A DNA stretch of 64,000 nt, from positions 32,001-96,000 of IMG/VR virus record IMGVR_UViG_3300025362_000004. One strand, written 5' to 3'. Shown here piece after piece: positions 1 to 10,130 of this stretch. The stretch comes from a virus. Below the pieces are notes generated by a model that had not been told where the DNA came from, ran no database searches, and worked only from the letters and a program-made list of their open reading frames with translations. Made by a program: the position numbers and the translations under genes. Each line of letters opens with the position of its first letter. Position 1 is the first letter of the stretch.

Positions 1-665
1 TAATGTCGCATACAGATGAACCAGTAAGAACAATTTTTACTGCTATAAGAACTTGTTATAGTGAACATGACCAAGAATATTTAGCTTATGAGGAATGGTT
101 TAAATACTTATGGAAAGTCGCAGAAGGTTATCCAAATGATGCGGTTAGGTTATTATGTAAGGTAGCCGCTATGAAGCACTTAAGCGTTCTTGAACATGTA
201 TCTTTTACTTTTGGAATAAGAGGGGTATCACGTTCTTTATTGGCGCAATTAACTCGCCATAGAATAGGTTGAAGTTATAGTGTCCAAAGTCAAAGATATG
301 TAGATTTAGGAAGTGAATCAAAATCAAAAGGATTCAAATATTTTACTCCTGAGGCTATAAAAAATGATAAACCAGCAAATGGCATATTTAAACAAGCTAT
401 GCGCGATTTACAACGTTCATATGATATACTTAGAATGAATGGTATTAAACCTGAAGATGCGAGATATCTATTACCAAATGCAACAGAAACTAATTTAACG
501 GTAACTTGTAATTTCCGTGCATTTTTAGACTTCTACTCAAAACGAAGCACTAAAGCCGCACAATGAGAAATCAGAGAACTTGCTGAGGTCATGAAATCTC
601 GAATTATCGAAATCGAACCAGATTTAGAATTTGTAATTAATGAATATATAAATCAAGGAGAGTAG
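1..665 (+). CDS. thyX: Flavin-dependent thymidylate synthase (5'-truncated; TGA=Trp at 270 and 564)
   Basis: Motifs HLSVLEH, RHRIG(W)SYSVQSQRY, EDARYLLPNA, NFRAF and AQ(W)EIR lie in one frame if TGA is read as Trp; ends TAG 663-665. Confidence 0.95.
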
Positions 666-669
666 CCGC

Positions 670-864
670 ATGGAGACCATTGAAAAATATGTAATAATCG
701 AACAAACTTTTCATGGGATGCGGATAGTTTCTGAATCATATGATTCTGAAGAAATTATATTTGTTTTAACAACGTTTAAGCATAAAAATAAAAATGTTTA
801 TTACTTTCTATGAAAAGTTATAGAGTTACAAATTGAAGATGAAATTTGAACTAGAATGGAATAA
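670..864 (+). CDS. Small hypothetical protein (64 aa, TGA=Trp at 811 and 847)
   Basis: AGGAG RBS, ATG 670, open to TAA 862-864 only with TGA readthrough. Confidence 0.6.
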
Positions 865-1210
865 GAATTTTGAACCGATATTAATTAAACTTATATTGTA
901 TTAGTATTAGTTTTGGTTAGTCTTTTCAGAAGAAATAAAAATAGTATTTTGAGAGCCGTTGAGGCTCTTTTTTATTTGGAGCGGCTTCATGGCTTTCGTT
1001 GGGGTGTTGTAAAAAAATTGCACAAATTCCTACTATACCCCTACATGCAGTCTGCCCTATTTCTGGCGGTTTTTTGGGATTGACCACCCCCCCCATATAG
1101 ATATTTAATTATTTATGCTATATCCCTTGACATGGTTGTCTATCCGTGATATAATTGACATATAAAGAGTTAGAAAACATCAACCCTTTAAAAAGAGAGA
1201 GAGCCAAAAA

Positions 1211-1768
1211 ATGGAAGATTACAAACAAATCTATGACTTATCAAAAAGAGATATACAAGCACTATGTATCAAGGAAATTGAGAGAGTTCAATTTTTACCT
1301 AGCACGAAAACAAACAGAGCAACAATTAAAAGAATGTTTACTATTTATGATATGGTTAATAATGCAAGTGAAAACTTTATTGCTCAAAATGTTGAGGGCG
1401 TTCGTGGAAATTTTGAAATAAGAGATTTCGAAATGTTTAATATTGGTTCAATGCTAGAGTGTTTAGTAGAACATTATACAACAGGAAAAGACCATTGTTC
1501 AAAATCATTTTTTGACCAAAATGACTTAGAAAACGGCTTCATGCCTTACGAAATAAAAACGAGTTTGGATAATGCAAGGTGTACTGTAAACACTAAAGCC
1601 CAAACTGTAAAGTTTATAAATAATAAAGGTTCATATATAATTAAAAAAAGCGCATATGAAACTATCAAAAAAGACAGTAAAAGCAAGTTATACGAGAATA
1701 TGGACTACTCGCAATTTGAAGGTGTAAGACTTAATCACTCGTTAAGTGTAAAGTTAGGGCTTATCTAA
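1211..1768 (+). CDS. Hypothetical protein, possible PD-(D/E)xK nuclease fold
   Basis: Own promoter (TTGACA 1127 ... TATAAT); ND-x7-EIK motif; family call is tentative. Confidence 0.6.
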   Translation: MEDYKQIYDLSKRDIQALCIKEIERVQFLPSTKTNRATIKRMFTIYDMVNNASENFIAQNVEGVRGNFEIRDFEMFNIGSMLECLVEHYTTGKDHCSKSFFDQNDLENGFMPYEIKTSLDNARCTVNTKAQTVKFINNKGSYIIKKSAYETIKKDSKSKLYENMDYSQFEGVRLNHSLSVKLGLI

Positions 1769-1804
1769 AAGCCCTAACACCCTAACGGGGGAAAGCGAGA
1801 TATT

Positions 1805-1975
1805 ATGAAAAAATTATATAGTTTAATAAATAAGATAACAAAAAACGATATATATTATGCAGTTCAAGATTATGACGGTATCATTAGAGTAATGGGGACA
1901 AGCAAGACCATAGTAAAGTATATGAATAAGAATAAGTTATGGAATAAGGTAAGCTATAGTGTAGTGATATTATAA
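1805..1975 (+). CDS. Small hypothetical protein (56 aa)
   Basis: ATG to TAA ORF downstream of the previous gene. Confidence 0.5.
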   Translation: MKKLYSLINKITKNDIYYAVQDYDGIIRVMGTSKTIVKYMNKNKLWNKVSYSVVIL

Positions 1976-2087
1976 TCACACTACATATACAGAAAGGAGT
2001 TGATGCCATTATGGTGTTATGAGTGACAGTCACACGTGAGTAAATACGCCAAGATAATAGGTGGTAGCGTGTGACAGTGTATTATGC

Positions 2088-2180
2088 ACACAGTGCCGTG
2101 TGTGTCGGTATGTGGGGTGTGTGTATCCACAGTACCATGTGTGTCGGTATATACCCACAGTGCCGTGTGTGTCGGTGTCG
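2088..2180. repeat. Three imperfect direct repeats CACAGTRCCRTGTGTGTCGGT
   Basis: Read directly from the sequence. Confidence 0.85.
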
Positions 2181-2211
2181 GTGGTAGACAACCAAATTTT
2201 TTTGTCTGTCT

Positions 2212-2347
2212 ATGTAAGCGCTTACATATAGGGTGATGTAAGCGCTTACATATAGGGTGATGTAAGCGCTTACATATAGGGTGATGTAAGCGCTTACATA
2301 TAGGGTGATGTAAGCGCTTACATATAGGGTGATGTAAGCGCTTACAT
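2212..2347. repeat. Tandem 24-bp repeat x6, each holding the perfect palindrome TGTAAGCGCTTACA (cre/LacI-family operator-like)
   Basis: Palindromes start at 2213, 2237, 2261, 2285, 2309 and 2333; fits the CcpA cre consensus TGWNANCGNTNWCA. Confidence 0.9.
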
Positions 2348-2439
2348 AGGTTGGTTGTCTGAGGCAGACAACCTAAAAAACTTGTAAAGTTTCTCAAAAT
2401 ATGATATAATTGGGTAAAGATAAAAAGGGGGTTCCAAAA

Positions 2440-2775
2440 ATGTGTGTAAAAGATATAGTAAAAAATAAAGGTGCAACTTTAACAAAAACATTAAGAAAGT
2501 CAATATTAAAAACGGGTTATATGGTTAGTATTAAAGGTTATGAAATACAAGTAGACGCAAGTGATTTTACAAAATTGAGTAACGAAATTTTTAAAACACA
2601 ACAACTTTCAAAATTTCATAAAAATTCTTATATTGGAATTTGGATTGAAGATGAAATTGCTTATATTGATTTAAGTGTTAATATTAAAGATTTAAAAGAA
2701 GCAACTAGCTTCGGAACAGAAAATGAGCAACTTGCAATTTATGGAATTAAAAATAGTGAATTACTTTATATTTAA
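2440..2775 (+). CDS. Early phage protein, possible SAM-lyase-like fold
   Basis: First cassette gene; GIW...YIDLS...A..FG...EQLAIY pattern; family call weak. Confidence 0.55.
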   Translation: MCVKDIVKNKGATLTKTLRKSILKTGYMVSIKGYEIQVDASDFTKLSNEIFKTQQLSKFHKNSYIGIWIEDEIAYIDLSVNIKDLKEATSFGTENEQLAIYGIKNSELLYI

Positions 2776-2893
2776 GGGCTGAAAAGTCCTTTTTATTTAA
2801 GGTAAGAGGCTGTCTGAGACAGACAACCTAAAAAACTTGTAAAGTTTCTCAAAATATGATATAATTGGGTAAAGATAAAAAGGGGGTTTCAAA

Positions 2894-3163
2894 ATGTTAG
2901 GACTAAATACGCCATTAACAGAGGAACAAAAAAACGAGGTTGAATATCAAACACACTTAGTATGTTTAAATTTAGTAAACACACAACGCAACTATTTAAT
3001 AATGCAAGCAAATGAGGAGTATTTCAACGTAATAGACGACTACGATTTCAAATTTGTAATACGCAATGATTTCAAATACTATGACGATATCAAATGGAAA
3101 TATGTAAACTTTAACAAAGTTAAAGCCTACATCGTAGAAACATTAACAGAGTTAAGAGCCTGA
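2894..3163 (+). CDS. Hypothetical early protein (ends in TGA inside the terminator hairpin)
   Basis: Cassette promoter, RBS and terminator. Confidence 0.8.
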   Translation: MLGLNTPLTEEQKNEVEYQTHLVCLNLVNTQRNYLIMQANEEYFNVIDDYDFKFVIRNDFKYYDDIKWKYVNFNKVKAYIVETLTELRA

Positions 3164-3259
3164 AAAAGGGCTCTTTTTTTATTAACGCAAGTGGGTTGTC
3201 TACCATAGACAACCTAAAAAACTTGCATTATTTCGGTGTATATGATATAATATAAGTAT

Positions 3260-3390
3260 AGAGATAAGGTAGTCAATACCTCATCTCTCCACCAAAACTT
3301 TATTAGGCAAACCCACACTAACACGTGGAACCGTTGAATAAGTAAACTCTCTCTAAAAAACCCTATTGTGGCGATAGGGTTTAGAGAATA
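3260..3390 (+). ncRNA. Putative small ncRNA cassette
   Basis: Cassette promoter but no RBS or ORF; hairpins at both ends. Confidence 0.5.
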
Positions 3391-3482
3391 TGCGCAAGGG
3401 GTTGTCTGCGGTAGACAACCTTTTTAATTTGACTTATTTCTTTATATATGGTATAATTACTATATAAGAAAGAGGTAATAAA

Positions 3483-3770
3483 ATGAAAAAAATAATAGTA
3501 TTAGTTGACGATAAAGAGAACTGTATTTTAGCGACGTTAGATTTAGAAAAGAGAAAAGTTGATGTAACACCAGTTAAAAGATTTAAAGAATTATCATTTT
3601 TAGGACAAGCAAGATTTCAAAATAAATTAGAAAGAGCACTTTTAGAAACAACCAGACTCAACGACGAAGAAAAAGAAAACGCAATCTCTAATTTAGTTTA
3701 TAAAAGATTTCTTGACGAGTCTCCAGAATTAGAAGAAATAATGGAATTAGTCGAATTAATGAAAGACTAA
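3483..3770 (+). CDS. Hypothetical early protein
   Basis: Cassette promoter, GAGG RBS and terminator. Confidence 0.85.
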   Translation: MKKIIVLVDDKENCILATLDLEKRKVDVTPVKRFKELSFLGQARFQNKLERALLETTRLNDEEKENAISNLVYKRFLDESPELEEIMELVELMKD

Positions 3771-3907
3771 TTAATCGAAAAAAGAAAGTAGTCCTCCTCC
3801 TCTACTTTCTTCTTTATTGTAAGTATTAGGTTGTCTACGGTAGACAACCTAAAAAACTTGCTATTATTGAGTTTATATGTTATAATATATATAAGAGGTG
3901 AGAGATT

Positions 3908-4147
3908 ATGTTAGTATTACAAAGAAAGCATTATATTATGAGTGAGATTTTAAACGGTGGGAATACCTTAAAAGTTATACCAAAAAATGGGCTTGACAAT
4001 TACAGAGTAGGTCAAACAGTTAGAGTTTTTCATGAAATTAACTCGCAGAAATACCGAGAAGGAAAAATCACAAAAGTAAGACAACACGCATTTGAGTTTG
4101 GTTTTAGTGTTGGAACAACTGAATTGCCGAGAGTTATTATTTTATAA
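3908..4147 (+). CDS. Hypothetical early protein
   Basis: Cassette promoter and RBS. Confidence 0.8.
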   Translation: MLVLQRKHYIMSEILNGGNTLKVIPKNGLDNYRVGQTVRVFHEINSQKYREGKITKVRQHAFEFGFSVGTTELPRVIIL

Positions 4148-4320
4148 ATTAAGACTTATAAGAGAAACAAATAGATAGGTCTGTGTTGAAGAAAAGGAAA
4201 CTTTGAAAAATCCTTTTCTTCTTTTATAATTCATGGTAGGTTGTCTGCCGTAGACAACCGAAAAGATTTGACATCATATCTAAATTATGATATAATATAA
4301 GTATAAAAGGGGTGAATTAA

Positions 4321-4575
4321 ATGGAATTTAAAACAGAGTTAAAAGTAAATATTCATTTTGAAAACAGAACAGTTTTTACAGATGAGGTAGTAAGGGATAG
4401 TATCACAGGCGAAGTTATCGCTGAATTAGTAAATGATATTGATATGGGAACTGCTACTACAGTAGAAAATGATATACTAAAAGATGGTTCTTGTATTTTA
4501 TCAGTAACAAAAGAAACAAGTGGCTTCAATGCTGAAACTGGGTTTTACGACTTAGATTTAACAATTGAAATGTAG
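4321..4575 (+). CDS. Acidic hypothetical early protein
   Basis: Cassette promoter and RBS. Confidence 0.85.
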   Translation: MEFKTELKVNIHFENRTVFTDEVVRDSITGEVIAELVNDIDMGTATTVENDILKDGSCILSVTKETSGFNAETGFYDLDLTIEM

Positions 4576-4742
4576 TTAAGGCTTATAGAATCTAAAATAG
4601 ATAGGCTTGTTTGGAAGAAAAGGAAACTTTGAAAACTCCTTTTCTTCCTTTATAAAATGATAGAGGTTGTCTGCAGTAGACAACCTTATTCGTTTGACTT
4701 AAAATAATATATATGGTATAATATATGTAAGAGGTGAGATGT

Positions 4743-5225
4743 ATGAAAAAGAAATTATATTTTGATATGGACGGTATTTTAGCCGATTTTGACAATGAGC
4801 CAAACGCTTTAACACGTTTTAAAAAAGAAAAAGGCTTTTTCGCAACACTACAACCAATAGAAGAAAATATTAAGGCTGTAAAAAAACTTATCGCAGAGGG
4901 TAAAAAAGTTTATATATTAAGTGTAAGTCCTAACAGACAAGCCGACACTGACAAAAAATCTTGGCTTAAGAAATATCTACCAGAAGTAAAAGAAAAGAAT
5001 ATATATATTATAAGGACAGGAACGCCAAAGAATAAAGCCGTAAAAGTAAAGAGAGCAATATTGTTTGACGATTACCGATTAAATGTTAGAAAATGGATTG
5101 ACGCTGGTGGCTACCTTGCTATAAAAATAACACAAAGAACAGATAAAAAACTCAAAGCCGAATATCAAGCAAGAACTTTAGAACAAAGTATTTCAAGATT
5201 AAAAATGTTTGGGGTGATACAATGA
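4743..5225 (+). CDS. HAD-family 5'(3')-deoxyribonucleotidase (NT5C-like)
   Basis: YFDMDGILADF, ILS, K..WL and LFDD motifs. Confidence 0.85.
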   Translation: MKKKLYFDMDGILADFDNEPNALTRFKKEKGFFATLQPIEENIKAVKKLIAEGKKVYILSVSPNRQADTDKKSWLKKYLPEVKEKNIYIIRTGTPKNKAVKVKRAILFDDYRLNVRKWIDAGGYLAIKITQRTDKKLKAEYQARTLEQSISRLKMFGVIQ

Positions 5226-5380
5226 AAACTATTTATATTGTGTCATGGGAAAGAAAACATGATATATTAAATGACGAAGAAATGGAAAAAATATTAAATG
5301 GTGGAGTAATAATAAAAGACGGTATAAGATATGTTTCTTTGTGGGGTTATATTGATATAAATATAGAGATTGAAAAATAA
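5222..5380 (+). CDS. Small hypothetical protein (ATGA overlap with the upstream gene)
   Basis: GGGGTGA RBS, ATG 5222, TAA 5378-5380. Confidence 0.65.
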   Translation: MKTIYIVSWERKHDILNDEEMEKILNGGVIIKDGIRYVSLWGYIDINIEIEK

Positions 5381-5520
5381 TCTCTTTTTCTTTCTTTTGA
5401 GTAGGTTGTCTGCGGTAGACAACCTAATTTATTTGACATTGTTTTCTTTCTATGGTATAATATATACATAAGATAAAGAAAGATATTACTAAACTTTATC
5501 AAAAAAAGGGGTAACATATT

Positions 5521-5781
5521 ATGGCTAAAGTAACAAAAAAAGTAACAGAGTTGAGCGATAAAGCGAAAGAAATTTTAGTGGTTTTGCAAGGTGCTGACAA
5601 GGGTTTGACACTACAAGAAATCACAAGCAAGGGCGTTGTAAAGCCTAATGGCTCACACTTAAAAGCACTTGAAAACAGAAATCTTGTTACAAGCGTTGAT
5701 GTTGAAATTATCGTGCCAACTACAAGAACAGTAAAATCTTATTCTGTTGTTGTGGCTGAAGAAGAAACACCAGCCGAGTAA
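5521..5781 (+). CDS. Winged-helix-like protein (paralog family A)
   Basis: LSDKAKEIL..L....LTLQEI...L.ALENRNLV...SY.V pattern. Confidence 0.7.
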   Translation: MAKVTKKVTELSDKAKEILVVLQGADKGLTLQEITSKGVVKPNGSHLKALENRNLVTSVDVEIIVPTTRTVKSYSVVVAEEETPAE

Positions 5782-5900
5782 AAAACTAAAGCGAGAAATC
5801 GCTTTTTTTTCTATTCGCAAGTGGTTGTCTGCGGTAGACAACCTAAATGACTTGACTTATTTTAGTATCTATGGTATAATATATATAAGAGGTGATAAAT

Positions 5901-6224
5901 ATGTTATTTAATAATGAGTATTATAATATTCTAAAAAGAGAAGAAAGAGAAATGAAACAAGAGGCTTTAATCGAAAGGTCAAAAGAATTTACTAAAATGG
6001 TTTTAAAAACCGAAGAAGCAATATTACATTTTAACTTTAGTAAAAAATTAAAAACTAAAATTAGTATAATAACTTATGTGTGGTTAGGTCTTGCTACTTT
6101 TAGAAAAGAGTTTAAAGAATATTTTTATAGAGAGTACAAAGAAATGGAAATTGATATAGTTAGTATAGAATATGACAAATCTGAATTCTGTCACGATTTC
6201 ATTCTCAAATTGAAAAAGAGATAA
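5901..6224 (+). CDS. Hypothetical early protein
   Basis: Cassette promoter and RBS. Confidence 0.8.
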   Translation: MLFNNEYYNILKREEREMKQEALIERSKEFTKMVLKTEEAILHFNFSKKLKTKISIITYVWLGLATFRKEFKEYFYREYKEMEIDIVSIEYDKSEFCHDFILKLKKR

Positions 6225-6324
6225 TCTCTCTTTTTTTATTGTAGTTAGGTTGTCTGCGGTAGACAACCTAAGTGACTTGACTTATTTTAGTATCTATGGT
6301 ATAATATATATAAGAGGTGAGAAT

Positions 6325-6786
6325 ATGAAAAACTTAATCAAAGTATTAAATGAAATTACAAACGAAAAAATTATTGTTTCGGCTCGTGGTGGTAGCCCCA
6401 TCATAAACACAAATCAGCGTAGCGTTATAAAGCAAAGAATAGAAAAAGCATTTTTAACAGACTTGCAAGAAATTTTTGCTGAAACCGATTTAGTCCATAT
6501 TATTGGTAGGGCTGAAAAAGGTATAATGTTAGCCATAGAGCATAATGATTTAGTAGATAATGCAAAAACTGAAGGCGAAATTGCTTTAGAATTTAATATC
6601 AAAGTAAGCAATTTAGATTTTGACACAGACACAGAAATTAGACTACACACAAAAGAACAAGCTAACAAAGAAATAGAAAAACAAGAAAAAGCACTTGCAA
6701 AGAAAAGAAAAATTGCAAGAGATAAAAAAGATAGAGCAGATAGAAAAAAAATAAAAGAACAAAAATTAGCCAAGTTAAACGGCTAG
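6325..6786 (+). CDS. Hypothetical protein with basic coiled-coil tail (paralog family B)
   Basis: EIALEFNIKVSNLDFD core shared with the ORFs at 13012 and 24521. Confidence 0.85.
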   Translation: MKNLIKVLNEITNEKIIVSARGGSPIINTNQRSVIKQRIEKAFLTDLQEIFAETDLVHIIGRAEKGIMLAIEHNDLVDNAKTEGEIALEFNIKVSNLDFDTDTEIRLHTKEQANKEIEKQEKALAKKRKIARDKKDRADRKKIKEQKLAKLNG

Positions 6787-6884
6787 TTTTTCTTTGACTT
6801 TCTAGAGGTTGTCTGCAGTAGACAACCTTCAATTTTTGACATTCTACTTAGTTTATGGTATAATATATATAAGAGGTGATAGAT

Positions 6885-7379
6885 ATGAAATTTAATGATG
6901 TAGTTGTAAAAATGGGCGAGTTAGTAAGTGGTTTTTTATCTGCTGTAAGTCCTGCGATATCTGTATCATTTGACAATTTTTCAAGTTTTGACCCTGAAGA
7001 AAATGTTATATATATAGGTCTATTGCCTATGACTGAAGAAAATCCCTATGACGATTTTCATAAAGGCTATTACAGAGCAAGTGGCTTTGATTATGAAAGT
7101 TATGGTATATCATTTGAAACTTTTACAATATTGCACGAGTTAGGACATATGGAAAGCAACCCAACAGAAAAAGAATACCAAGAATATTATAGATTAACAA
7201 ATATAATAAATAATTCAAATATGGAATTATCTACAAAAGCAAATAAATACTTTGCATTAGATTTAGAATATAAAGCAAATCAATGGGCTTTCAACTTCTT
7301 AAAAGATAATTTAGATATTGTTAGAGTGTTTGATAAAGCATTCAACCTCCTAAAAAGCGAATTACTCAATTGCGAGTAA
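6885..7379 (+). CDS. HExxH zinc-metallopeptidase-like protein (ImmA/IrrE-like)
   Basis: TILHELGH and E..AN.WA motifs. Confidence 0.7.
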   Translation: MKFNDVVVKMGELVSGFLSAVSPAISVSFDNFSSFDPEENVIYIGLLPMTEENPYDDFHKGYYRASGFDYESYGISFETFTILHELGHMESNPTEKEYQEYYRLTNIINNSNMELSTKANKYFALDLEYKANQWAFNFLKDNLDIVRVFDKAFNLLKSELLNCE

Positions 7380-7478
7380 TTTCTTTTTCTTCTGGGTTGG
7401 TTGTCTACGGCAGACAACCGCATTCGTTTGACTTAAGGCATTATATATGGTATAATATTTATATAAGAGGTGATAAAT

Positions 7479-8180
7479 ATGTTTTGTTCAAATACAACTA
7501 CAAGCGATTATATATTTTTAATAGTAACTCACGAGTGCGATAGGAATTGTGCTTTCTGCGTAGATAAGGACAGAGGAAAACAAGAATATATTACAATGGA
7601 AAATGCGGCGAAAGCAGTCCAATATTGTTTAGATAATGATATTAAAACGATTACTATATTAGGTGGCGAACCCACACTACACCCATTTATTGCATCAATA
7701 TGTTCTATGATAAGATATTATGGTATAAATATTGTAATGACTACAAATTACAGTAAACCTTCAGTTGTTGCTTACCTAGATAAATTTGTAAGTAGTTTTA
7801 ATATATCTTATTATGACCAAAAACACTTACCAAAGCAAAAAGATTTTAATGCCGACCTTACATTATCAAAGTTATTGTTTAAAGGTGGTATCGACACAAG
7901 AGAAAAACTAGACAACTTTATTGATAAACATCAAAATGATTTCAATGACTTAAAGTTCTCTACACTAACAGATATAAATAAGTTTACCCACGACCACAAA
8001 GACTTACTATTCTTAGACCAACTACCAATAGATAAAAAGGTAACTATTATGGGCGAAATTCAAGGTCATTATTATAGAGGTTATTTAATTAAGAGATTTG
8101 ATTTGAAAGCGACTGAAAATTATTATTGTCAAAGGTCAATGAAAATGCATACCAACGGGGAATTAAAAAGAGAGTGGTAA
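7479..8180 (+). CDS. Radical SAM protein
   Basis: CDRNCAFC (CX3CX2C), GGEPTL and TTN motifs. Confidence 0.92.
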   Translation: MFCSNTTTSDYIFLIVTHECDRNCAFCVDKDRGKQEYITMENAAKAVQYCLDNDIKTITILGGEPTLHPFIASICSMIRYYGINIVMTTNYSKPSVVAYLDKFVSSFNISYYDQKHLPKQKDFNADLTLSKLLFKGGIDTREKLDNFIDKHQNDFNDLKFSTLTDINKFTHDHKDLLFLDQLPIDKKVTIMGEIQGHYYRGYLIKRFDLKATENYYCQRSMKMHTNGELKREW

Positions 8181-8289
8181 CACTCTTTTATTTTAAATTG
8201 AGAAGGTTGTCTACGGCAGACAACCGCATTTGTTTGACTTAATAATAAATATATGGTATAATTAAGTAAAGAAAAAGGGGTATTAAGAA

Positions 8290-8853
8290 ATGGAATATTA
8301 CGGTAGAAATGATTTAAAGAGGGCTATCAAGAGATTTGAGAATGTCAAAAAGATAGCATTAAAATTAAAAGAGTTAGACATTCGTATAGGTCAACCGTTT
8401 AGGGTTAAACAGTTAGGCAATACGATTACTCATTCTGGGACTTTGTTTATGCAACTTGTAAACTCTGGAGTTCTAAAGGTTGTTGAAGTAAGGAAAGAGG
8501 TTTGCCCTTATATCAATAGAGGCGTTGAAACTGTTACAAGTTATAAGCGCATAACAGATGGCTGTATCATTAGCGCTGAAATGTATCACGATATGAATTG
8601 GCGCGGTAGAGATAAATATATTGGATGCCAAAAATCTTTTAAACCTGCTATGAGTAAATACAATGTATATGCAATTCAAGAGAATTGGCGTGGCATTCTT
8701 GTTAAAGAAATCAAAGAATTACAAGGTGCAGTTACGAACATTATTGCAAGAGAAACCAAATGGTTCGTAAACTCAGTTCAAGAATTAACTACTTTCTTTA
8801 AAAACGACGAATGGTCATTAAGAAGAGAAATAAGAAGAATTGAAAACTGCTAA
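8290..8853 (+). CDS. Hypothetical protein, possible winged helix with long wing
   Basis: QLVNSGVLKVVE...YNVY pattern. Confidence 0.75.
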   Translation: MEYYGRNDLKRAIKRFENVKKIALKLKELDIRIGQPFRVKQLGNTITHSGTLFMQLVNSGVLKVVEVRKEVCPYINRGVETVTSYKRITDGCIISAEMYHDMNWRGRDKYIGCQKSFKPAMSKYNVYAIQENWRGILVKEIKELQGAVTNIIARETKWFVNSVQELTTFFKNDEWSLRREIRRIENC

Positions 8854-8954
8854 AAGACCGCAAGGTCTTTTTTCCCGTGTAAGGTAGGTTGTCTGCCGTA
8901 GACAACCTAAAATATTTGACAAACTTAACTCTATATGGTATAATATATGTATAA

Positions 8955-9272
8955 GGTTGAGATAGAAACTCGTAAAAACGAAACATTGTTTAAACTCAAT
9001 TTGTAGTAGGAACCTTATAAAATGTGCTTATGTTAGCGAACCAGCGACTAACTAAAATTGCAAGTGTGAATGTGGAACTTGCAGGTATCCATTGCCTACA
9101 GCTATGGCGTAATTAGAAATTTTAACGACAAAAAAACCGTATACCTTGTTTGTGGTGCTTGTAACGATAACGAAAGTAACCGCCAAAGTCCTGTGGTAAA
9201 GGCAAAATAGGTTGAGAAATGTGGACTTTCTCATTAAATAAAGACTAATGCATAACTATTAGCCTATTTTTT
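8955..9272 (+). ncRNA. Putative ~310-nt structured ncRNA cassette
   Basis: Cassette promoter and terminator, no RBS-led ORF, several hairpins. Confidence 0.55.
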
Positions 9273-9371
9273 TTACGCAAGGAGTGGTTGTCTGCCACAG
9301 ACAACCGAATAATTTGACAATGTAAGCGTTTTATGATATAATATAGGTAGTTAAGAAAGGACTTGACAAAA

Positions 9372-10130
9372 ATGAGCGAAAAAGAAAAAATCTTAATTTT
9401 AGATACAGAGGTCAACGGGAAATTTGTTTATGATATTGGTTTTATTATCGCTGAGGAAAGCGAAAAGGGTTTTTATCACGCCGTAGAAAAGCATCAATTT
9501 TTAGTAGAACAGATATATTATAATCATAGATTATTTACTACTGATTATTACGCAAAGAAACGGAAAACTTATACAAAACTAATGAAAGGTAGAAATGCAA
9601 TATCTAAAAAGTTTGGTTATATAACACAAATAATCGCACACACCATCAAAAAACATGATATTAAAAAAGTTTATGCTTATAATAGTAATTATGATAAAAC
9701 AAGGTTTGCATTTACAAGTAATGATTTCAAAGTTATAAATCCGTTTGATAAAATAGAATGGCACGATATAATGGCTATCTCTAATCACTTTATACATTTA
9801 AGTGAAAAATATATCAATTTCGCTATTGAGAATGAGTATATCAATTCAAGTGGTTTTATTGAAACAACAGCCGAAACAACTTATCAATTTGTAGATAGCA
9901 ATATTGATTTTAAAGAGGAACACACCTCACTTGCTGACTGTGAAATAGAAATGGAAATATTAAACTATTGCATAGCAAAGGGATACAATAAAGAACAAGT
10001 TTACAAAACAAAAAATATCCCAAGTGATAAATTGCAAGTATTAACAGTAATTCACGAAAGCACCGAACATAAATTTGGTTATGTAAAAAGAAAAAATAGT
10101 TATTTAAAAAATCAAATTACTCTCACATAG
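9372..10130 (+). CDS. DEDDh 3'-5' exonuclease
   Basis: ILDTE, AYNSNYD and HTSLADC motifs. Confidence 0.88.
   Translation: MSEKEKILILDTEVNGKFVYDIGFIIAEESEKGFYHAVEKHQFLVEQIYYNHRLFTTDYYAKKRKTYTKLMKGRNAISKKFGYITQIIAHTIKKHDIKKVYAYNSNYDKTRFAFTSNDFKVINPFDKIEWHDIMAISNHFIHLSEKYINFAIENEYINSSGFIETTAETTYQFVDSNIDFKEEHTSLADCEIEMEILNYCIAKGYNKEQVYKTKNIPSDKLQVLTVIHESTEHKFGYVKRKNSYLKNQITLT

Noticed and set aside
3-665. thyX (and nrdJ) as pseudogenes
   Set aside because: All interruptions are TGA at Trp-compatible positions, there are no frameshifts, and a tRNA(UCA) is encoded
2212-2347. CRISPR array
   Set aside because: Units are identical with no unique spacers, and no cas genes are present
2017-2397. Minus-strand ORF with CKRLHHPI repeats
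   Set aside because: Artefact of the 24-bp DNA tandem repeat; no RBS, and antisense to the local transcription direction
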